A stretch of DNA of 64,000 nt from Octopus sinensis. Lineage: Eukaryota. This document shows positions 1 to 13,360 of this stretch, piece by piece. The stretch spans positions 44,888,001 through 44,952,000 of the forward strand of contig NC_042997.1 in the NCBI RefSeq assembly GCF_006345805.1, in the 5' to 3' direction. Numbering within the stretch: the stretch's first letter is position 1; each line of letters starts with the position of its first letter. Both the position numbers and the translations under genes were made by a program. The notes under the pieces were generated by a model. That model saw only the letters and a list, made by a program, of their open reading frames with translations. It was not told the origin of the DNA and did no database searches.

Positions 1-236
1 CAATAATAATGGTAATTCTTTCTAATTTTGGTACAAAACCAGTAGTTTTTTTTTTCTTTTTGAGGGGAAGGGGTTTAGTTGATATCATGGCTAGTGCTTT
101 ATTTGATCGACCCTGGAGGGATGGAAGGCAAAGTTGACCTCAGCAGGATCCACAGTATAAAACACCATAACTAAATACCTCAAAGCATTTCATGTAATGC
201 TCCAACAATTCTGCCAATCCAGTAGTAGTAGTGATG

Positions 237-282
<46 letters not shown>

Positions 283-756
283 TGATGATGATGATGGTTT
301 CTGATTTAGGCACATGGCCATCAATTTTGAGGGGATGGGGGCTCAATCAAAACCATCAATCCAGTACTTGACTGGTATTTTATTTTATCAACCCTAAAAG
401 AATGAACAGCAAAGTTGGCCCCGGCAGGAAAAGAACTCAGAACGTAAAGTTTCGGAATAATTGTTTCTAATATAGGCACAAAGCCTGAAATTGATTGGGA
501 GTGGGTTAGTTGATCATATCGATCCAGCACTTGACTATTACATCCTTCTAGCAAATAAGGACAATGATGGTTTCAAATATTTAAGCATGAGGTCAGTAAT
601 TTTGATGGAAAGGAGTTAGTGATAACCACTGACCACAGTACTTGACTGGTACTTTATTGTATTGAAAACAAAGTTGATCACAGTGGGATTTGAACCCAGG
701 ATGTGCAGAGCTGAAAGAAATACTACAATGCATTTTTTCAACACTCTAGTGATTCT

Positions 757-799
<43 letters not shown>

Positions 800-1631
800 T
801 GATGATGATGATGATTTCACATTTTGGCACAGGGCCAGCAATTTCAGGGGAGGGCTAAGTCAATTACATCAACTCCAGTGTTCAACTGGTATTAATTTTA
901 TCAATCTTGAAAGGACGAAAGGCAAAGTCGACCATGGTGGAATTTGAACTCAAAACATGAAGTTGGATGAAATGTTGCTAAGCATTTTGTCCAGCTAAGT
1001 ATTTTGATATAGGCAAAAGGCTACAAATTTTAGAGGCAACAGTATTTTAACTGACCTCAGTATTTGACCAGTACTTCATTTTATTGCCCCCAGAAGGATG
1101 AAAAGCAAAGAAAAAAAAACTTTGGTGAAATTTGAACAGAAAATGTAAATGAGTACAGCAAAAAACCACAAAATATTTTGCCCAATATTCTACCGATTCT
1201 ACCAATTCTTTGAAACAGTAATAATTTCATAAGGGTTGTAGTGTAGAAATGTATTTGATTGGATCCTGAATACTCTTCTGGTACTTTTGGAGATTGAAAG
1301 GCAGTGTTTGCCTGGCAGTATTTAAACTCAGAATATAAAGAAAGAAATATTTTGAGGTATTTTGTAAGGTCTAGCACTCAACTGTTTCTACCACTTCCCT
1401 GCTTTCATAATAATAATAATAAGAAGAATTGTTTCAAATTTTGGCACAAGGCCAGTAATTTTGAGGGTTGGGGTTAGTCAATATTGTCAACTTTAGCATT
1501 TAACCGGTTCTCTATTTTATTGACCACCCACAAAAGGATAAATCCTCAGCAGGATTTGAACTCTAAACGTCAAGAGTCAAATTCAGTGAGGCATTTTTTA
1601 ACATTATAATGATTCAGCCATTCCACTGATC

Positions 1632-1673
<42 letters not shown>

Positions 1674-2133
1674 TAATCCTTTCTACTATAGGCACAAGGC
1701 CTGAAATTTTTGGGGAAGGGTTAAGTTAATTACATCAAACCCAGTATTTCACTGATACTTAATTTATTGACCTTGAAGGGATGAAAGGCAAAGTTGAACT
1801 CGGTGGTATTTGAACTCGGAATGTGAAAACAGATGAAATACTACTAAGCATTTTGCCCGGCATGCTAACAAATCTGCCAGTTCATCACCTTAAAAATAAT
1901 AATGGTATCAAATTTTGCCACAAAGGCAGCAGTTTTTCGAGGGAGGGGATGAGTTGATTACATCGACCCCAGTGTTCAACTGGTACTTATTTTATCGACC
2001 CTGAAAGGATGAAAGGTAAAGTTGACCTCAGCAGAATTTAAACTCAGAATGTAGTGAAGGGCAAAATACTTATTTCTTTATTGTGAAGGGCAAAATACTG
2101 TTAAGCATTTCGTCCAGCATGCTAACAATTCTG

Positions 2134-2167
<34 letters not shown>

Positions 2168-2643
2168 TATAATAATAATAACAATAATCCTTTCTACTAT
2201 AGGCACAAGGCCTGAATTTTTGGGGAAGGGTTAAGTTAATTACATCAAACCCAGTATTTCACTGATACTTAATTTATTGACCTTGAAGGGATGAAAGGCA
2301 AAGTTGAACTCGGTGGTATTTGAACTCGGAATGTGAAAACAGATGAAATACTACTAAGCATTTTGCCCGGCATGCTAACAAATCTGCCAGTTCATCACCT
2401 TAAAAATAATAATGGTATCAAATTTTGCCACAAAGGCAGCAGTTTTTCGAGGGAGGGGATGAGTTGATTACATCGACCCCAGTGTTCAACTGGTACTTAT
2501 TTTATCGACCCTGAAAGGATGAAAGGTAAAGTTGACCTCAGCAGAATTTAAACTCAGAATGTAGTGAAGGGCAAAATACTTATTTCTTTATTGTGAAGGG
2601 CAAAATACTGTTAAGCATTTCGTCCAGCATGCTAACAATTCTG

Positions 2644-2700
<57 letters not shown>
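1..2700 (-). repeat. Cluster of (AAT)n-associated SINE family B copies, including a ~470-bp direct tandem duplication
   Basis: Repeated units ggcacaaggcc...catcgaccccagt...ctggtact..tttatcgacc..gaaaggatgaaaggcaaagttgacc...atttgaactcag separated by (AAT)n tracts. Confidence 0.85.
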
Positions 2701-2976
2701 TTTAATAATAACAGCTATTAATCATAGGAGGAAGGGAATAGCTTTGATTATAGTGATCCCAATATTTCATGGGTGGGGTGAATAGCAAAGTTGCACTTCA
2801 CAGAATCTGGACCCAGATTGTAAATAAAGACCTTGAACAACTATGACAAGTCATTGTGTCTGATGTTGTAACAGAGAATAAAAGAAAATGTGAGACAGAC
2901 AGACAGACAGGAGAACTTTTAATTTGGTTCTCATACAGCAATTCTACGACCAATCAAAACCCCTTTATATATATAA

Positions 2977-3349
2977 CTAGCAGTATCGCCCGGCGTTGCT
3001 CAGGTTTGTAAGGGAAATAACTATAAAGCATTTTTAGAGAGTTATAGCCAAAAAATAGAAAAAAAATGATGGTAAATTTTTTTTCAGAGTTAAAAAAGGT
3101 GGAGTTGCGTCCCCTAGACGGTCTGTGGTTTGGGTTTCCGATTCTCGACCCCATGTCGAATTTATCGATTTTTTTCAGAACTGGGGGAACTTTTCAAAAT
3201 TTTCGCTGCGTTAGTTTTGAATTATGACATTGGGCTATGTGTGTGTCAAGTTTCATCAGAATCGGTTGAAAGCCGTGGTCAGAGTGAGGGTACGAGAAAA
3301 CAGACACACAGAAAACGCACAGACAAACTGCCGTTTATATAGAGAGAGA
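2977..3349 (-). mobile_element. Non-autonomous Helitron-like element
   Basis: Minus strand starts TC and ends with a small GC hairpin plus CTAG, inserted at A|T; shares its first ~90 bp with the copy at 40300. Confidence 0.65.
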
Positions 3350-4340
3350 TATAGGTGGGAAACTACCACCTGTGTCATCTCTTGTGAAAGGTAGGAGAGT
3401 CCAGTTTGCTGGACATTGTTGTAGAGCTGAAAATGAGGCGATTTCTACTCTTCTCCTCTGGAAGCCATCTACTCGCAATACCAGAGGGCGCACACTCTCC
3501 TACCCTGATGTAATCTCCAGGGATACAGGCATCCAGCAACAGGACCTCCGTAATGCCATGATGGACTGTGAAGTCTGGCGTAGCATGGTAAATTCCATTG
3601 TCTCGACCATAGTCGAACAATGATGATGATGATATATATATGCATATATCTATATATATATATATAAAAAGAAGAACAAGTATTTGGAATGAATAATTGA
3701 TATAATTGGCTATTCTCCTCCCGAAAATTTCCAACCTTCAACCTATGTTTGAAACAGTTGTTGTTGTTGTTATTATCATTAAGGCAGTTAGCAGGCAGAA
3801 TCATTAGCAAGAAAAACAAAATTCTTAGTGGTGTTTCTTCTGCCTTTCTGTTCTGAGTTCAAATTCCACCAAGGTCAACTTTGCATTTAGTCCAAAAGGG
3901 ACTGATAAAACAAGTGCCAGTTAAGCACTGACAATGGTCTATGCAATCGACTAGCCCCCTCCTACAAAATTTCAGGACTTGTGCCTATAGTAGAAAGAAT
4001 CATTATTACGTATTATTATTATTATCATTATTATTATTATTATTATTATTATTAAGTGGGCAGATTGTCAGAATCATCAGTGCATTAAAAATGCCTTGCT
4101 TTTTCATATTGGCTTTTTACATTTAAAGTTCAAATCTTGAGGGCACCGTCTTCCTCAATTTCTAAAGACACTTAAAGAAAATTACTTATAGTAACAATGA
4201 TATTTCCTTTATAATTTTATATTTCATTTGAAGGTGAAAGGTGTGTGTTGTGGAGAGGGGTATAACAAAGAAGGAAGGTTAATAAGTAAAATAAAGGTTA
4301 ATCAACGGTTACATTGATGGCCTGTAAACAAAATTTGTTA

Positions 4341-4732
4341 CTCTTTTACTCTTTTACTTGTTTCAGTCATCTGACTGCGGCCATGCTGGAGCACCGCCTT
4401 TAGTCGAGCAAATCGACCCCGGGACTTATTCTTTGTAAGCCCAGTACTTATTCTATCTGTCTCTTTTGCCGAACCGCTAAGTGACGGGGATGTAAACACA
4501 CCAGCATTGGTTGTCAAGCAATGCTAGGGGGACAAACACAGACACACAAACATATATATATATACATATATACGACAGGCTTCTTTCAATTTCCGTCTAC
4601 CAAATCCACTCACAAGGCATTGGTCGGCCCGGGGCTATAGCAGAAGAGACTTGCCCAAGATGCCACGCAGTGGGATTGAACCCGGAACCATGTGGTTGGT
4701 TAGCAAGCTACTTACCACACAGCCACTCCTGC
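4341..4732 (-). mobile_element. SINE family A copy
   Basis: Same consensus; partial copy also at ~5165-5400. Confidence 0.85.
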
Positions 4733-6124
4733 ACCTATGTTGATTATAAAATTTTAATATTTCACAGTAATTTAGGGTTTAGATCTGCTGTGTAGACAAA
4801 GATCAGTAAAAATTTTAAAAAATGTGATGGGTTTGTTTTCTTTGAAAATATTTACAGTAATTAGTTTAATATCCGTCCTTCAGATTACAGATGAAGAAGA
4901 GTGAGGAAACCTAGAAACAGAGAGGGAGAATGAGGAGACTGGGTGTGTAAGTTAATTTATATGCATTCACATATCTGCGTCTGTAATTAGGTGTTTGTGA
5001 ACTTGTATTTGTTAATATTTAATATAATTAACTTTGTTTTTTAATTAACCTCAATGATTTATTTTTTTAACACTTGCAAACATTTTCATGTGTGTGTGGT
5101 GTGTGTGTGTGTGTGTATGTGTGTGTACACATCTACGTTGTGAAAAAAAAACAACTTTGATATGAGTACTCTTTACTCTCTTTTACTTGTTTCAGTCATT
5201 TGACTGCAGCCATGCTGGAGCACCGCCTTTAGTCGAGCAAATCGACCCCGGGACTTATTCTTTGTAAGCCCAGTACTTATTCTATCGGCCTCTTTTGCCG
5301 AACCGCTAAGTGACGGGGACGTAAACACACCAGCATCGGTTGTCAAGCAATGCTAGGGGGACAAACACAGACACACAAACACACACACACATACATATAT
5401 TATGTATGGTACATAGCATAATGTGAAGGTGCACGGCCAAATGTTTAGGGTGTTACACTCACAATTACTAGAGTGTGGATTTGATCCCTGGACCAAGTGG
5501 TGTGTTGCGTTCCTGAGCAAAACACTTCATTTCACACTGCTCTAGTCCACTCAGCTGCAAATGGACTAACACTCCAATGGGCTAACCTTCCAATCAGGGG
5601 GACTGTTGACCTGCTTGCCTAGCCTTTGAGGTGGCATTATTCAGAGGGCTAAAACAATACGAAGTGCATTGTCACCAGCAATCTATAACAACATTCCATA
5701 GTCTGGTAGGTTATGTGATCATGTGATATTGTATAATAGCACCAGAAGTTATTTCTTCAGAACCAATCAAAGAAAAATTTTTTTTCCAATCTAGTTCTAT
5801 TATGTAGTATACATTATATAATATGCATGACTAAATTGTTGTTATTATCTATACCTACAAACATGGAGTGTAATTGGTCACCTGCAAGTTGTTGAAACGA
5901 TTGTAAACTATGGAATAGATGTAATGCCATAAACTGCACTCTTCTCTTATAATCATTTATACTTTACATCAAAAGGAAACCTTTTGAACTTTCTAGTTGT
6001 TCAAAACCTGATTTTCTGCAGGAGACATTCTCCTTTCTACAATTTCAGATAGCCATCAATTGTAGGAGTGCTTCATGAGGTAGGCATCAGGATTATCTAA
6101 TCTTTTCTAGCTTACAATATTTAT

Positions 6125-6178
<54 letters not shown>

Positions 6179-7045
6179 GTAGATAGGTAGATAGATAGGT
6201 AGATAGAGAGAGAGAGAGATTGTGTTTGCATGTCCCTTTTTCTTCACTGATACCTGCTCTCACATGATTAACCTCCCTATCTCCTTTTTTCCCCATTTTA
6301 CCATTCTTCCACATTGTCTTATTTCTCTTACTTTCTCTGTCCCACATCGATTTTCTTTATCACTCTTTAAGTTCTTCCCTCGGTAATTTAATTCACACAC
6401 TTTTGCTCTCTTTTACCGCTATTTCATCTTTTTCTCTACTTATATGGCCATGTATTATAACCCATTTTCATTTGTTACACAACAAATAGACAATGCAAAT
6501 TCTATGTAATAATAATAATGCTAATAATAATAATAGGAAACATGGGTGGTTCTTTCAACATCCTTAAACAACCCTTATTCAGGGACCGTTTGAGCGGGAT
6601 GGGCTACTCAACCTGAAGAAAATTCTAACTGGGCCCCACCTGCAAGGTCATGTGCTGTTTATCTTGATATGAGATCACCATGTCGCGCACATATGGTTGT
6701 GATGCATGTGCCTAGTGTACCCTTATCAGACGGGTAGTCATGATGGGTATATTGGGCTTCGTATATTTTACCCCAGTGTCACTTTGATGGCATGAACTGC
6801 TCTCTCACTCAATAATAATAATAATAATAATAATAATGATAATAATCGTTTTTACTATAGGCTCATAGCCTGAAATTTTAGGGGAAGGGGCTACTTGATT
6901 ACATTGATCCTAATGCTCAGATATTATCGACTCGTAACAATGAAAGGCAAAGTTGACATCGGTGGAATGTGAACTCAGAACACAGAGCCAGATGAAATGC
7001 TTCCAAGTGTTTTGTTCAGCATAACTAACCATTCTGCAAGCTCAC

Positions 7046-7086
<41 letters not shown>

Positions 7087-7547
7087 TGGTGATAACAATT
7101 TTTAACAAAGATGATTGGGGGGGGGGAAAGACATTTATAAGACAATCCTGACTCTTCCAACAGAATCAGTAATGTTGATTGGAGACAAGCAATTTCAACT
7201 GGACAACTGAAACTGAGTTGTGGACTCTGGTTCTGCAAGGATTTACTACCCCTTGATGCGCCACAGTGTTGTATGAAAATGCTGATGATATTGATGGTGA
7301 TGACGAAGATGATGATGATGACAATTAATTAAGGAAAAAAAGACGTGTAAATTGGGATTATTCTTATGGTTGTGTCAGCTGTTTGGCTGCAGCTATGATG
7401 GGACACTGCCATGGGGCTGATGATATATATATATATATATAATATATATATATATATATAATATATATATATATATGTATATGTATATATATATATGTAT
7501 ATATATGTATATATATATATGTATATATATATGTATATATATATATG

Positions 7548-7586
<39 letters not shown>

Positions 7587-8053
7587 ATGTACATATACAA
7601 ACACACATACAAAATAAAGGTACGTTCTTAATAGCAGCGATGGTGATGTGGCGGTGGGCGAGGGTGGAGGGCTTACCCCCCCCACCAGTTTAAAGATTTT
7701 CAGGAAAATCATGAAAATCTGACAATGGTAGGTACATTGATCTATTTCATTCAATTAACTTGATTGCTTCAATGATTATTTTATAATAGCTGGAGTAAAA
7801 GAAAAAAAAAAATTTCAACTGAAAAAAGTATGTGTGCATTTGTGTGTATATGTGTGTGTGTGTGTTGTGTGTGTGTGTGAGGGTCGGGGATTGGAAAAAA
7901 GAAAAAAAAGAAATGGAAAGGACATAAAAATGGAAAATAAAAGAATAAAATTGATGCGATATATTTTTTGGTTTTGACATTTAAAAAATATGTCAGGCAT
8001 ATTATAAATTAACTGGAATTTTACATTCCTCTCATATATATGTGTGTGTGTGC

Positions 8054-8092
<39 letters not shown>

Positions 8093-8688
8093 CATATATA
8101 TGCACATGCACACATACATATATACACACACACAGATATATGTGTGTTTGTATATATGTGTGTGTATATATATATGTGTGTGTGTGTTTGTATATGAGTT
8201 TGTTAGAATGTTTGATAGATTGGAAGGAGTCCATACTGTTTCCTCACATATAAAAGAAATATCACAAACGGGGTGGGGGGGAGAGTTGACAAGCATAGAT
8301 GTCCCAGACTCTTTTGTTTCCAGAGTAAAATGGACCATAGACCATGGACCAAACTGCAATATCAGTGCATTATTGATTGCAACAATCACCCAGATTATTG
8401 CTGACCAGTTGCAATGGTTTTTATCAGAGCAAGCCACGCTTCATAACATTTCAAACCATACACATTATACATGCAAGTGTGCATATATATCGCATAAATA
8501 CATTATGCATGTATGTTGACAGTTTGTTCTTTGCAAATTTCTTTTTGGCACAGATTTTGATGATGATTATGATGTTTTCTCTTTCTGGTTATTCGTTTCT
8601 TATTATCATTCATATTGTTTCTTCTTCATCAAATCTATCTCTGTTAAAGCTAGAAATCTTTCAAAATGAATCAAAGCTGATCAAGTTC

Positions 8689-8952
8689 TTAAACAAATGA
8701 TGAAAAACCTGCGACTGGTGTTCGAGATCCTGCAGTGTTATTAACCATCATGTAGCCACCGTTAACGTTCATGCCGTAAGTGCTACTGTCAGCTTCCTCA
8801 CTGTCTGTGTAGTTGTAGGCGCTATACATTGATCGAGGATTGCTCTGTTGCCAAGACTGGCGGACTGTATCGTTAACGTACTGATTGTAGAATGTTCCAG
8901 CAGTTGTGGTATTTGTATTCTTTACAGTTTCATCTTCACTCTCGTCACTTGG
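8689..8952 (-). CDS. sdk: Sidekick, last coding exon (cytoplasmic C-terminus with PDZ-binding motif)
   Basis: Acceptor ...ttcctttcttttatag|CCA, phase 0 matching the upstream exon. Translates PSDESEDETVKNTNTTTAGTFYNQYVNDTVRQSWQQSNPRSMYSAYNYTDSEEADSSTYGMNVNGGYMMVNNTAGSRTPVAGFSSFV*. The -GFSSFV end and the 'YTDSE...NGG..VNN..SR.P..GFSSFV' pattern are Sidekick-diagnostic. Absent from the ORF track (no ATG). Confidence 0.96.
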   Translation of the reverse strand, partial: PSDESEDETVKNTNTTTAGTFYNQYVNDTVRQSWQQSNPRSMYSAYNYTDSEEADSSTYGMNVNGGYMMVNNTAGSRTPVAGFSSFV

Positions 8953-8974
8953 CTATAAAAGAAAGGAAAAAAAG

Positions 8975-9870
8975 ACAATCAAATTAGTTTTCAAAGCTGA
9001 GTCTGCAGAAGAATTAGAAAAGAAATTCTTGGTACGAAAGCAAAATCTAGAATACAGAGGATTCCAGGTAAACTTAGCAAAGATTAAAGTGTTAATAAGT
9101 AGGAAGGTATGCAAGGGCACCCAATATGTTATGGGCACACAAGAAATATAGTGGAATAACAGGCAGACTAACAGTGAAGGCAAGCTTTGTATGTAGAAGA
9201 TGCACTGAAGGAATATACACTAAGAGCATATGGGAAATGGTTAGGCTCTCTTAAATGCCTGACTGGCTCTCCTGGAGAAGTCAATAGCTTCTGTTACTTA
9301 GGTAACACAATTAGCAGAAGAGGTGGTTGTTTAGAAAGTACAGCAACCAAAGTCTGAGTGAATTGGAAAAGGTTGAAGGGACTATAACTTCTGTTGGCTA
9401 CAAAAGTTCTCTCTCTCAGAGTGTAGGGTTGACTGTATGATACTTGTGAACTGCAATGCTGTGTGTTAGTGAGATATGGGGCTTGACTGTAGAAGACTGC
9501 AAAGGCTAGAATGAAATGAAACAAGCTTGCACCAATAGATGTGCAACATTAATGTGCATGGAATCCAAAGGATAAATTAATTTAGAGAGAAAGTGGATAT
9601 AAGCAGAATTAGGTGTAGTGTATAAGAAGGCTGTTTGGTATAAGCAGATGATGCATATGAAAGATGACCACTGCATAAAGAATTACTGAGAACTCCAAAT
9701 TAATAGAACCTGTGGAAAAAAGGAGTTCAAGAAAGATTTTGGATGAAGTGGCGAAGGTTGATCTGAAGATACTGCATCTCACAGAAGTAATGACAAAGGA
9801 TCAAACTGACTTGTGATATGTGATGCTGTAGAAGACTCTACCATCTATGCAGGAGGTACCCTGACATGAA
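8975..9870 (+). mobile_element. Degraded RTE-like LINE fragment (RT C-terminal part and 3' end)
   Basis: Frame 'AESAEELEKKFLVRKQNLEYRGFQVNLAKIKVL' resembles the post-YADD RT segment; boundaries approximate. Confidence 0.6.
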
Positions 9871-11462
9871 AATAGTGTTTAGATACTGAGATACTTTGTA
9901 GTCTGCCAAGTATACAACTTACATTTTGTTGCCTTCCCCACTCACCTGACACCCATTAAATATTTTGACTCGTCACTTCATTGGCCCACCTTCATTCCTC
10001 TTATGTATAAGAAAATGCACCGGTCCTCTTCAACCATCTAACTCCCTTACCCGTCACAAGACCCATGCTTAAAAGATTGCATTGCACTGTCTTCAGGCCT
10101 ATACAATTCCTTCTCATCACCTAATTTTTATCTTATCCCATCATCTACCCACAGCTATGTCTACCTCTGCTGTTTTGAACAGTCTTGCCACATACATCAA
10201 ACTACTGCTCCTTTCTTCCATCCAAACATCCAGGCCCTTTTGTTATCATTGATCTCTCTTCTAATTACCTCCTTGGTCTCATGAACATTTGCAGTCATCC
10301 TAAGTTATTGAGCACTCTCAACACTTATTTGCATCTCTGACCCCGGTACTGCTCTGGCCCCATATTTCCTCACCCTAGTTTACATATCTGAGTCCTGAAT
10401 ACTCTCTACATTGTCTTGTGTTCAGGACCCCACCTGTACTGGTATCGGCTGACCAAAATGTAATCACTTAATTGGACAGGTGAATGAGACAACCTATCTA
10501 ATGTTGGTACCACAAAATGCATTCAACATAGACAGTACAGTGAATGGCAAACTGAGTAAAGATTGCAGAGGGTTCTGGGGGTTTATTCATTCAACCTCTC
10601 TAGAGTTGATGGTATGGAAAATGCACCCAGTACACTCTGTAAAATTGTTGGTGATAGGAAGGGCATCCAGCTTTAGAAATCAAGCCAGATGATATATAGG
10701 AGCATCAGTCTAAGGAGGCAGTAGTTTCTAACAGAAGATGATTCAGACTGTGGCAGCCTGTCCTGGCAATATCTGTATATGTGTGTGTAGGTCCATCATA
10801 ATTTTATATATGTAATCTGGACGATGATATATGAATCTCAATGCCTTTTGTGTCTTACAGATAAACAAGAAATACCAACCATCTTTATAGTACCACAACA
10901 TAGCCTTCTGTGTCCAGTCACCTTTGAGTTCCTTTCTTGTAGGCTGCCTCTCTAAATCATTCACTTTCACTACCTGCTTAATTCTAGCATTTAGTGCACA
11001 CACACACACACTTGTGGAACCCATTTATAAGAATCATCATCATCATTTAATGTCTGTTATCCATGAAGGCATGGGTTGGATGGTTTAATTAAAGCTGGTA
11101 AGATGGAAAGCTGCACCAGGTTTCAGTCTAATTTGATTTAATTTTAACAGATGGATGCCCTTCCTAATGCCGGCCACTCCACAGAATGTATTGGGTACTT
11201 TTTATGTGGCACCAGCATGAATACCATTACGTGGTGCTGGCTGAGGTACTTTTTACATGGCACCAACAAGAGTGCTTTTATGTGGTACCAGCACAGGGCT
11301 CTTGCAAGCCAATCTACTTCAACAGGGGTGTGAGATATCCAATTAAAGCAATGGCTCTCGAACTTACAAGTACCAGTTCCCCTCCCACCAGAAAAAAAAA
11401 ATATAATAATGTAATCCACTTTGTTCACCATTTCCTCTTTATTAAGAAAAGAGCAACATATA

Positions 11463-11627
11463 GGCGCAGGAGTGGCTGTGTGGTAAGTAGCTTGTTTACC
11501 AACCACATGGTTCCGGGTTCAGTCCCACTGCGTGGCACCTCGGGCAAGTGTCTTCTACTATAGCCTCGGGCCGACCAAAGCCTTGTGAGTGGATTTGGTA
11601 GACGGAAACTGAAAGAAGCCCGTCGTA

Positions 11628-11675
<48 letters not shown>

Positions 11676-11900
11676 TGTGTGTGTTTGTATGTCTGTGTTT
11701 GTCCCCCTAGCATTGCTTGACAACCAATGCTGGTGTGTTTATGTCCCCGTTACTTAGCGGTTCGGCAAAAGAGACCGATAGAATAAGTACTGGGCTTACA
11801 AAAGAATAAGTCCCGGGGTTGAGTTGCTCGATTAAAGGTGGTGCTCCAGCATGGCCGCAGTCAAATGACTGAAACAAGTAAAAGAGAAAAGAGAGAAAGA
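11463..11900 (+). mobile_element. SINE family A (tRNA-like head, internal (TA)n/(TG)n, tail ...tgactgaaacaagtaaaagag)
   Basis: Head ggcgcaggagtggctgtgtggtaag...ggttcagtccc with A/B-box-like motifs; many near-identical copies in the window. Confidence 0.85.
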
Positions 11901-12087
11901 GATTGTGCATCTTCCTTTGTTATGGTGTTGGTCACGTTTAAAAGGTTTCAAAATTATCTTAGTTTTTATTAAGGGAACAGACAAATTGTCTGTTCCCTTT
12001 TCAATTCGCATCTGACTCCATCCAGAAGTCTCAAGCCACAGTTTATAAGAATATCTGAAGAAGCAGAAAACTTTTCAACAGACTTAC

Positions 12088-12211
12088 TTCTGTCAACTCT
12101 TCTAAATCTGGCTTTTCTGTTAAGCTACTACTGTTGTCATCTAACGGAGGTTTAGTGTCCAAATCATCATCAGAATATGTCACACTAGCAGGACTGGGTC
12201 GTGGTGGTGAT
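12088..12211 (-). CDS. sdk: Sidekick cytoplasmic exon (SPPRPSP motif)
   Basis: ttttgttcag|A...GAA|gtaagt; 124 nt, phase 2 to 0. Encodes SPPRPSPASVTYSDDDLDTKPPLDDNSSSLTEKPDLEELTE, matching the conserved Sdk SPPRPSP..Y.SD and SS.TEK motifs. Confidence 0.96.
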
Positions 12212-12460
12212 CTGAACAAAAACAAACAAACAAACAAATAAATAAAACAAAAAAATAAATAAAATAAAATGAAAAACACTAGAGAAATAGAATAAAAATA
12301 AATAAATTGAATAAATAAATAAAAAAAAAATTCAAATTCAAAACAGGAATAAATAACAGCTTGATAATTATTTCAGCAAAGTTAGATAAGTAGATACTGT
12401 AGTTGTCATGTATTCCAGTTCAACACACTTAACAGTGGCTGTATAGCTAGAACAGGACAG

Positions 12461-12684
12461 AACCCTTTCGTTACTGTATTTCTGTTGAGATGCTCTGTGT
12501 TTCTTCCAATTACTTTAAGTATAACAAAGAATTTAGTAAAATAACTTTGTTATCATTCAGCTAATGTTAGGAACGTAAATTGTGACTAAGATTGGTGGAA
12601 GATTTTAATTCAAAACTTATGAAAACAACACATTTGTACTCAGAGCCAGAGCCGGTTTCAGCTGGGTTGGTAATGAAAGGGTTA
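12461..12684. mobile_element. piggyBac-type MITE (~225 bp)
   Basis: Ends aaccctttcgttac / gtaatgaaagggtt; same family as 32289-32515, 53741-53970 and 62597-62826. Confidence 0.7.
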
Positions 12685-12904
12685 GATAATATTGTATTAT
12701 CTACACTTGTAGATAATATTGTATAGGGCCCAACATGCTAATATGCATTACAATTCAAATGTCAGCCACAACAAGGATGAAAACTCTACAACTGTGATAT
12801 GAGGCTAAGAGTAAGATACACACTTGGCTAGCCACTCCCTTATATAAATTAAACAATGGGACTGGAGGAGACTAAAACTAAGGGTTATCAGGATGGGCAA
12901 TAAG

Positions 12905-13109
12905 TACTCTTTACTCTTTTACTTGTTTCAGTCATTTGACTGCGGCCATGCTGGAGCACTGCATTTAGTCGAGCAAATCGATCCCAGGACTTATTCTTTG
13001 TAAGCCTAGTACTTATTCTATTGGTCTCTTTTTGCCAAATCACTAAGTTACGGGGGCATAAACACATCAGCAACGGTTGTCAAGCAATGTTGGGGCGGAG
13101 GGGGGGGGG

Positions 13110-13158
<49 letters not shown>

Positions 13159-13360
13159 CACACACATACATATATATATATACATATGCATATATACGAT
13201 GGGCTTCTTTCAGTTTCCGTCTACCAAATCCACTCACAAGGCTTTGGTTGGCCCAAAGCTATAGTAGAAGACACTTGCCTAAGGTGCCATGCAGTGGGAC
13301 TGAACCTGGAACTATGTGGTTGGTAAGCAAGCTACTTACCACACAGCCATTCCTGCGCCT
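12905..13360 (-). mobile_element. SINE family A, inverted relative to the 11463 copy
   Basis: Reverse complement of 11463-11900 apart from scattered substitutions and microsatellite length. Confidence 0.85.

Noticed and set aside
7329-8519. Many 60-160 aa ORFs rich in YI/HT/CV/II/LL runs (here and throughout the track)
   Set aside because: They are translations of (AT)n, (AC)n, (AAT)n, (AG)n and (CAA)n microsatellites or of SINE bodies, repeated at many loci.
10860-10970. Minus-strand ORF VVKVNDLERQPTRKELKGDWTQKAMLWYYKD as an sdk cassette exon
   Set aside because: Weak acceptor; the available donors end in phase 1 whereas the intron is phase 0, so the frame is not preserved; no Sdk similarity.
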